NCBI RefSeq assembly: GCF_900079115.1 | Contig: NZ_LT549890.1 | Span: forward strand, 780,001-812,000 | Length of the DNA stretch: 32,000 bases | DNA from: Saccharolobus solfataricus | GTDB taxonomy: Archaea; Thermoproteota; Thermoprotei_A; Sulfolobales; Sulfolobaceae | Reading direction: 5' to 3' | Shown: piece by piece, positions 25,502 through 32,000 of the stretch | Numbering within the stretch: the stretch's first letter is position 1 | Layout: every line of letters starts with the position of its first letter | Notes under the pieces: generated by a model | The model's input: only the letters and a program-made list of their open reading frames with translations | What the model was told of the DNA's origin: nothing | Databases searched by the model: none | Translations under genes and position numbers: made by a program

Positions 25502-26248
25502 ATGGTAACATTAAAAATAGAAGATTTACATGTAGAAGTTGAAGGCAAAGAAATACTTAGGGGTATAAATCTCGAAGTTAGGAGCGGAGAAATACATGCA
25601 TTAATGGGTCCGAATGGGAGCGGTAAGACTTCATTGTCCTTAGCAATAATGGGGCATCCCAAATATAAGATTACAAAGGGAAGGATAGTATTGGATGGCG
25701 AGGATATAACTAATTTAGAACCTCATGAGAAAGCAAAAAAGGGTATTTTCTTAGCCTTTCAAAACCCTATAGAAATAGCGGGGGTTAGATTATCAACACT
25801 CTTGGTTGCGGAATATAATAAGGTAAGCGATAGTAGCGCTTCAGTAATGGAGGTAATATCAAAAGTTAAAAATATTAGCAAAGAAGTTGGAATAGCAGAT
25901 TCTCTGTTAAATAGAGGAGTATTTGAAGGCTTTAGTGGAGGCGAAAAGAAGAGAGTAGAGATCTTACAAATGCTTCTATTAAAGCCTAAGATCGCTATTT
26001 TAGATGAGCCAGATTCAGGTGTTGACGTTGATGGACTTAGAATGATTTCGTATTTTATAAATAAACTTAGAAATGAATTAAATGTAGGCTATTTAATAAT
26101 AACCCATTATAGAAGAATTTTAGATCATATAAGTGCAGATAAAGTTCACGTATTATATAAGGGGAAGATCATAGCAGAAGGAGGAATGGAACTAGCCAAA
26201 TTAATCGATGAAAAAGGATATGAAGCGGTTCTAGAGAGGAATTCATAA
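25502..26248 (+). CDS. sufC: Fe-S cluster assembly ATPase SufC
   Basis: 248 aa ABC ATPase. Walker A GPNGSGKT, signature FSGGEKKR and Walker B ILDEPDSGVD. Confidence 0.95.
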   Translation: MVTLKIEDLHVEVEGKEILRGINLEVRSGEIHALMGPNGSGKTSLSLAIMGHPKYKITKGRIVLDGEDITNLEPHEKAKKGIFLAFQNPIEIAGVRLSTLLVAEYNKVSDSSASVMEVISKVKNISKEVGIADSLLNRGVFEGFSGGEKKRVEILQMLLLKPKIAILDEPDSGVDVDGLRMISYFINKLRNELNVGYLIITHYRRILDHISADKVHVLYKGKIIAEGGMELAKLIDEKGYEAVLERNS

Positions 26249-26313
26249 GTTAATTTTTTATTAAAGATAGACTTATATTCATCTTTAACAGAGTTAAAGA
26301 ATAGGTTATAAGT

Positions 26314-27753
26314 ATGCAAGAAGATAAAATATCATTAGATCTACATGAGATAATAAACGCTACCATAGATGCCAAGTACAATAAGCTTAATCAGCTAGAA
26401 TTTCACAGAAGAATAGTAGAATCCGGACTAAGTAGATCTACAATTGAGGAAATTTCTAGAATAAAAAAAGAACCAGAATGGATGTTAAAATTAAGATTAA
26501 AGGGCTTAGAATTATTTGAAAAATTACCCACACCAAATTGGTTACCAGATGTTTTATCGAGTTTAGACATTTCAGCGTTAGAACTTTACGTTAAACCTGG
26601 TGTTGATAAAGCCCAAAGCTGGGAAGAACTACCACCAGAAATAAGAAAATATTACGATGAGTTAGGTATACCTGAAAGTGAGAAAAAGTTCCTAGGAGGT
26701 CTCGTGGCAGTATTAGAGTCAGAACCAATCTATTCTAATGTTAAAATTGAGCTAATGAAAAAAGGAGTAGTAATGCTTCCAATAGATGAGGCTGTGAGCA
26801 AATATCCAGATCTTATGAAGGAGTACTTTATGAAAATATTTCCAGCCTCTGATCACAAATTTGCGGCTTTACATGGTGCATTATGGAGTGGAGGCGTATT
26901 TGTCTACGTTCCGAAGAATGTAAAGATAACAACACCAGTTGAAGGATTCTTCGTAATAGGATCAGAGCTTGAAGGACAATTTGAGCACACTCTATTAATA
27001 GCCGATGAGGGATCATATATTCACTTTATTGAGGGCTGTACAGCGCCACAACTCAAAAAGTACTCATTCCATGATGGTATGGTAGAATTATACGCCAAAA
27101 AGAACGCTTACATAAAGTTCACTACAATACAGAACTGGAGCAAAAACGTGATTAATTTCAATAATAAGAGAGCATGGGCTGATGAAAATTCAACCGTGGA
27201 ATGGGTTGAAGGATCATTAGGTTCTAAGTACAGCTTTGTGTACCCATCAACTATCCTTAGAGGAAAGAACGCTTCATCAACAAGCTTAGTGGTCACAATG
27301 ACTAGTGGAGAAGGGGAGTGGAAAGATAGTGGTTCAAAAATGATTCACGCAGCACCTTATACTAAGAGCAAAGTAGTAAACAAAAACATAGGTTTTAACG
27401 GCGGTGTGAATGTTTATAGAGGATTAGTTAAAGTGAATAAAGGAGCAGTAGGTTCTAAGGCATTTGTGAAATGTGATTCCCTAATGCTCGATGACAAAAC
27501 TAAGGCCTATACATATCCACACAATCAAGTATTGGAAGAAGATGCAGATGTAGGGCATGAAGCCCACACATTCAGAATGAACGAGGATCAGCTCTTCTAT
27601 CTAATGACAAGGGGTATAGACGAGAAAGAGGCCACCTCAATGCTAGTATTAGGGTTCATAGACGAAATCATGAAAGAGCTACCATTTGAGTACGCTACCA
27701 TGCTAAATAAGGTTATAAAGTTGGAATTAGATAAGCTAGGTGCAGTGGCTTAA
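26314..27753 (+). CDS. sufB: Fe-S cluster assembly scaffold SufB
   Basis: 479 aa. Beta-helix core with the HTLLIADEGSYIHFIEGCTAP region and C-terminal FYLMTRGIDEKEA. Confidence 0.93.
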   Translation: MQEDKISLDLHEIINATIDAKYNKLNQLEFHRRIVESGLSRSTIEEISRIKKEPEWMLKLRLKGLELFEKLPTPNWLPDVLSSLDISALELYVKPGVDKAQSWEELPPEIRKYYDELGIPESEKKFLGGLVAVLESEPIYSNVKIELMKKGVVMLPIDEAVSKYPDLMKEYFMKIFPASDHKFAALHGALWSGGVFVYVPKNVKITTPVEGFFVIGSELEGQFEHTLLIADEGSYIHFIEGCTAPQLKKYSFHDGMVELYAKKNAYIKFTTIQNWSKNVINFNNKRAWADENSTVEWVEGSLGSKYSFVYPSTILRGKNASSTSLVVTMTSGEGEWKDSGSKMIHAAPYTKSKVVNKNIGFNGGVNVYRGLVKVNKGAVGSKAFVKCDSLMLDDKTKAYTYPHNQVLEEDADVGHEAHTFRMNEDQLFYLMTRGIDEKEATSMLVLGFIDEIMKELPFEYATMLNKVIKLELDKLGAVA

Positions 27754-28909
27754 GTTGGGAGTAGTCGATATACAGTTAGCAAAAAAAGTAATTAATGAAA
27801 ATTTTACACAAGATAAAGGAGAGAGGGAAAAAGCATTTTCCTTGTACCTTTCTAAGCCATACCAACTAATACATGATTCGCCAACTATCAAACATTATAC
27901 TGAATGGGACTTGTACGACTCCCTAAATCTTACTAATATTTCTAGACAAGAAGTAAAATATAACGATACCGCAAATGTAATTGAAATTATAGACGATACT
28001 ATAAAAATTCCTAAAAATGATATACAAATAGATGACTTATTAAACGATAGTATTATTAGTAGTGATGAGCATAAATTAGTCTCACTTGCCTATTCTTTAT
28101 CTAGAAGGATAACAATAAACAATGAGGGAGAGTATTATGTTAAGCATGTCCTTAATAAAGACAAGTATTTTTCTCCTTCGCATCTAATAATTAACGTACC
28201 TAACGATAAGCAAATTAAGGTGGTTTATGAAGTCCTAAACCTTAGCGAAAGTTCCTTAATAACACCTATTATATCTGTTAATATAGAAGATAACTCTAGT
28301 TTAGATTTCCAATTTGTGAACTTCTCTAGCGATAACAGTCTCCTTTTCTCGTACATTAAGGCTAACATAAAGGGTACGATGCACTCATCTATATTTGTAA
28401 ACGGTAATAAGATGGGTCATGTTCAATTTAGTACTAGATTAGAGGAGAGTAGCGTAAGTGAATTTTCGTCAAGAGCTTTTGGAACGCATAGCAATAAGAT
28501 AGATGTAGTTAATAATGTAATTCATCTAGGCCAGAAGAGTGTAAGTAATGGCTTTATGAAGGCAATCTCTAACGATCAAGCGTTTACTGTGGTGAGGGGT
28601 GTTGCAACTATAGATGAGACTGCGATCAATTCTTCCACGTCTATTATTGGTAGATCATTAGTCTTAGGAAAAGACGCTAAAGCAGTAGTTTCTCCCATGC
28701 TTGAAGTAAAGACTGGTAGGGTAGTTATGGCTAAACATTCAGCTGCAGTAAGTAAAATAGATGAAAATCAAATCTTCTATCTACAAACTAGAGGACTAAG
28801 TAGAAGAGAAGCAGAAGGGATTATAATAAGGGGTTTTATAATTGAAGAGCAGGATCCAGAAACACTTAAGGATAGGATAGAGGAAATACTAAAGTCTTTA
28901 GGATATTAG
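27740..28909 (+). CDS. sufD: Fe-S cluster assembly protein SufD
   Basis: 389 aa SufB/D-family paralogue (FYLQTRGLSRREAEGIIIRGF). GTG start overlaps the sufB end by 14 nt; an alternative TTG lies at 27755. Confidence 0.85.
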   Translation: MQWLKLGVVDIQLAKKVINENFTQDKGEREKAFSLYLSKPYQLIHDSPTIKHYTEWDLYDSLNLTNISRQEVKYNDTANVIEIIDDTIKIPKNDIQIDDLLNDSIISSDEHKLVSLAYSLSRRITINNEGEYYVKHVLNKDKYFSPSHLIINVPNDKQIKVVYEVLNLSESSLITPIISVNIEDNSSLDFQFVNFSSDNSLLFSYIKANIKGTMHSSIFVNGNKMGHVQFSTRLEESSVSEFSSRAFGTHSNKIDVVNNVIHLGQKSVSNGFMKAISNDQAFTVVRGVATIDETAINSSTSIIGRSLVLGKDAKAVVSPMLEVKTGRVVMAKHSAAVSKIDENQIFYLQTRGLSRREAEGIIIRGFIIEEQDPETLKDRIEEILKSLGY

Positions 28910-29116
28910 TTTCGCTCAACTCCCTCTCTATTTGCTTATAATAGAAATTTTCCTATAATATACTACTTAACCGATTTATAAAAGAGGAAAGTTGGTTAGA
29001 GTAATCACTTTTAAAGCAGAGGAGGAGCTTTTGATAAAACTGGATCTCTTTGCATTAAATAATAGAATGAGCAGAAGTGAAGTAATTAGAATGGCTATAG
29101 AAAAATATTTAGAAGA

Positions 29117-29207
<91 letters not shown>

Positions 29208-29376
29208 TTAAGAAAACTATCATAATAATAAGATTTAAAGCTTATTGCACTAAAAGGACGAGTAAGTTTTTCCTACTTCTTGTTTATTCTTCTTGTCTCT
29301 TCTATCTAGGCTAGATTATATGTTTCTTATCTAAAGTGGTAATAAACTTTTAAGTAGTGTACTATTATTTAAATAC

Positions 29377-29449
29377 AGCCGGGTAGTCTAGTGGTCAAGG
29401 ATCCAGGGCTCTGGCCCCTGGGACCAGGGTTCGAATCCCTGCCCGGCTA
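29377..29449 (+). tRNA. tRNA-Gln (anticodon CUG)
   Basis: Hand-folded cloverleaf. Acceptor AGCCGGG/CCCGGCT, anticodon stem CAGGG/CCCTG with loop CTCTGGC. T arm CAGGG-TTCGAAT-CCCTG. 73 nt including the discriminator A. Confidence 0.9.
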
Positions 29450-29562
29450 CCTAGCTAGTAAATATATCGATTGTTGCTCAGAACAACTATAATTCAATTA
29501 TTTTATAGTATCTTTTAGATTTTAATTTCTGAAAGCTAGATATTATCTTTTTGAAACATGAT

Positions 29563-29577
29563 ATGGTAATACTCCTC
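29563..29577. promoter_or_regulatory. candidate operator upstream of nrdJ: ATGGTAATACTCCTC, identical to the cdvA leader 15-mer
   Basis: Exact 15/15 identity with 16152-16166 on the same strand. Contains the GTA-A-TAC odd palindrome. Lies 53-67 nt upstream of the nrdJ ATG. Confidence 0.45.
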
Positions 29578-29629
29578 TCTTTACAACATAAAGTTAAATT
29601 GATACAAGTCATAATAATTCTTGAAGGAA

Positions 29630-32000
29630 ATGGAGCAGCTATTATACTCTACATCTTTAAGAAAGATTAAAGTAATCAAACGAGACGGTAAGGTTGATGA
29701 GTTCAAATTAGAAAAGATACTATCTAAACTTTCTTCCGTCCCAGATGAGGTAACAGATGGCATAGTCAATGATGTACAAGCTAATGTAAAAGATAATGCT
29801 ATAGATACTAGGGTAATTGCGGATATAGTTGAAAGAAACCTCATAGAGAACTCACTAAAGTATCCTTTCTTAATGGAATTAGCAAAACGATATGTCTTAG
29901 CTAGAATTTACAATCATGTTTTCGGTAAAGGGAAATGGAAAGATTTCGATGAGAAGGATTTGCTTCTCTCTTACAACGCATTAAAAGTATTGGAAGCTAG
30001 ATACTTATTGAAAGATCCTAATACTTTGCGTTATATTGAGACACCACAGATGTTATTCAGAAGAGTAGCTAGATTTCTCGCATCAGTTGAGAGAAAATAT
30101 GGTAAATCTGAGGCTGAAGTTAAACAGCTAGAAGATAAGTTTTACGAAATGATAAGTGACTTGAAGTTTGTACCCAATTCGCCAACACTGATGAATAGTG
30201 AAACTAGACTAGGCATCTTATCAGCATGTTTTGTAATTCCAGTTAAAGACGCTATGACTACGCCAGAGGGAGATGGAATATATGACGCGTTAAGAGCTAC
30301 TGCCCTTGTTCACCAACAAGGTGGAGGGACTGGTTTCGATTTCTCAGAATTAAGACCTAAGGGAGACGTAGTAGCTTCAACTGCGGGTGTGGCGTCTGGT
30401 CCGGTTTCATTTATGAAAGTATTTGATGCCTCTACTGATGTTATAAAGCAAGGTGGAAAGAGAAGAGGAGCTAACATGGGAGTGATGCACGCATGGCACG
30501 CTGATATTGAAGATTTCATTCGTGCTAAGACTGGTCAGCTAAAAGATGTTCAGTTACAGAATTTCAATATTTCTGTAGGTGCTTATGACTACTTTATGGA
30601 TGCTGTTGTGAAAGGCGAGAGTGTACCTTTAATTAACCCTAGAAAGACCAAGATAGCAGGGAGAGATCATGAATATTATATTACAAAGGCTAGGGGTTAT
30701 ATGAGTGAGGAGTGGATTCAAGAGGTCATACTATCAGAGTTAGAGGAAAAAGGTGGAGTAGTTTCTCTAGATGAGAGTAAGATTATTACGGTTGACGAAG
30801 CACTAGTAATAGCCTCAAAGGAGGGGGCTGTTGTCAAGTATGTTAATGCAAAATCATTATTCGATGAAATAGTGAAGGGGGCATGGGATAGTGGTGACCC
30901 TGGCCTTCTCTTTATCGATACTATTAATAGGAGACATCCTGTTTGGTATTTAGGTAAGATTAATGCTACAAATCCATGTGGTGAAGAGCCACTATTACCT
31001 TGGGAGAGTTGTAATTTAGGCTCTATAAATCTAGAGAAATTTGTTATAGAAAGAGATGGCAAAGCGGCGATAGATTGGGATGGATTAGCCGAAATTATTA
31101 GGTACGGGGTAAGGTTTCTGGATAACGTGATTGATGCTAATCGTTATCCGTTAAAGCAAATTGAAGATGCAACCAAGAGAACTAGGAAAGTAGGTTTAGG
31201 TGTTATGGGACTAGCTAGAATGTTTATTAAATTAGGTATTGCTTATGATAGTGTAGACGCAATATACTTGTCATACCAATTAGCCAAGTTCATATTTTAC
31301 CATGCGTATAAGGCATCTATTGAGATAGCTAAGGAGAAGGGTACATTTCCTACATATGATGCGAGGCTGTATAGGGATATTTGGGAGAGTGCATTGGACT
31401 TCGATTCATTGCTACAAACTGCTGAAATTAGTGATAAACCCTCAGATTACGTTAAAAAGTTAACTAGTGTGGTGGATAAGTTAGATTTTGATTTGCTAAA
31501 AGGTGAGAGATTAAAATATGGTTTAAGGAATTCCACTGTAGTTTCTATAGCCCCAACGGGTACTATCTCAATAATAGCTGGGACATCATCTTCAATAGAA
31601 CCACTATTTGCATTAGCGTTTGTTAGAAATGTCGCAGTTGGGAAGTTCATCGAAATTGATCCGCTTTTCCTAGAATATCTAAGAAAATATGAGTTAGATG
31701 ACCCAGAGGTTATTCAGAAAATAGCTGAAAGCGGGATAATTGGGGATAACGTATTTATGCCAAGATCATTAAGGAAATTGTTTAGAACTGCTCATGAGGT
31801 TCCACCAATTTATCACGTCATGCATCAAGCAGCTTGGCAACAGTGGAATGATTCCGGGACTTCCAAGACTATTAACTTAAGATCAGAGGAGCCACCGGAG
31901 ACTGTAGAGAAGGTCTATTTATTAGCGTGGAAACTTGGAATAAAAGGTATAACTGTCTATAGGGATAAGAGTAAGCAACAGCAAGTGATCTATTTCGGCG
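29630..32000 (+). CDS. nrdJ: ribonucleoside-diphosphate/triphosphate reductase, class II (adenosylcobalamin-dependent), N-terminal ~790 codons (3' end outside window)
   Basis: I translated the frame by hand from ATG 29630 to the window end with no stop. Motifs: N-terminal ATP-cone ([13 protein letters not shown]), [63 protein letters not shown] and TVYRDKSK. It is absent from the ORF track because it runs off the window. Confidence 0.9.
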   Translation, partial: MEQLLYSTSLRKIKVIKRDGKVDEFKLEKILSKLSSVPDEVTDGIVNDVQANVKDNAIDTRVIADIVERNLIENSLKYPFLMELAKRYVLARIYNHVFGKGKWKDFDEKDLLLSYNALKVLEARYLLKDPNTLRYIETPQMLFRRVARFLASVERKYGKSEAEVKQLEDKFYEMISDLKFVPNSPTLMNSETRLGILSACFVIPVKDAMTTPEGDGIYDALRATALVHQQGGGTGFDFSELRPKGDVVASTAGVASGPVSFMKVFDASTDVIKQGGKRRGANMGVMHAWHADIEDFIRAKTGQLKDVQLQNFNISVGAYDYFMDAVVKGESVPLINPRKTKIAGRDHEYYITKARGYMSEEWIQEVILSELEEKGGVVSLDESKIITVDEALVIASKEGAVVKYVNAKSLFDEIVKGAWDSGDPGLLFIDTINRRHPVWYLGKINATNPCGEEPLLPWESCNLGSINLEKFVIERDGKAAIDWDGLAEIIRYGVRFLDNVIDANRYPLKQIEDATKRTRKVGLGVMGLARMFIKLGIAYDSVDAIYLSYQLAKFIFYHAYKASIEIAKEKGTFPTYDARLYRDIWESALDFDSLLQTAEISDKPSDYVKKLTSVVDKLDFDLLKGERLKYGLRNSTVVSIAPTGTISIIAGTSSSIEPLFALAFVRNVAVGKFIEIDPLFLEYLRKYELDDPEVIQKIAESGIIGDNVFMPRSLRKLFRTAHEVPPIYHVMHQAAWQQWNDSGTSKTINLRSEEPPETVEKVYLLAWKLGIKGITVYRDKSKQQQVIYFG

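Noticed and set aside
29581-31650. Four minus-strand ORFs (29581-29844, 30310-30519, 30718-31062, 31447-31650) that are the only track entries in this region.
   Set aside because: The plus strand carries an uninterrupted class II ribonucleotide reductase frame from 29630 to the window end, with unmistakable motifs. The minus-strand ORFs are shadows.

Overview
This is an AT-rich archaeal chromosome segment. Gene content, gene order and protein lengths look like core genome of a Sulfolobales organism of the Saccharolobus/Sulfolobus solfataricus-islandicus type; that assignment is inference from recognised proteins, not a search.

The window is densely packed with housekeeping genes, many with 4-20 nt overlaps. 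In order:
- trpE (3' part), trpG and trpC, then aspartate aminotransferase.
- Valyl-tRNA synthetase (minus strand) and an FAD-dependent geranylgeranyl-reductase-like gene.
- Five small uncharacterised ORFs (6.4-8.3 kb).
- Ogg-type 8-oxoguanine glycosylase, a serA-like dehydrogenase, a class V aminotransferase, RNA polymerase subunit K and type IA topoisomerase (Topo III).
- The cdvC-cdvB-cdvA (Vps4 / ESCRT-III / CdvA) cell-division cluster on the minus strand.
- Enolase, a Zn-ribbon protein and a signal peptidase.
- A divergent glycine-cleavage cluster (gcvPB-gcvPA versus gcvT-gcvH).
- A PAC2-like protein, a small Hsp20-like protein, an AbrB-PhoU regulator and sufCBD.
- Two divergent tRNAs: an intron-containing tRNA-Thr(UGU) and tRNA-Gln(CUG).
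- The first ~790 codons of a class II (B12-type) ribonucleotide reductase, running off the window.

I saw no CRISPR array, transposase, integrase or obvious defence island.

The standout system is the Cdv ESCRT-like division machinery, which is already described in the literature. Three observations come from the sequence itself and are the ones I consider new:
- An exact 15-mer (ATGGTAATACTCCTC, with a GTA-N-TAC palindromic core) is shared by the cdvA leader and the region upstream of the ribonucleotide reductase. A second copy of the box abuts the cdvA TATA element.
- A 57-codon ribbon-helix-helix ORF, absent from the ORF track, has its last 15 codons encoded antisense to the 3' half of tRNA-Thr.
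- A block of translationally coupled, convergent small ORFs of unknown function sits at 6.4-8.3 kb.
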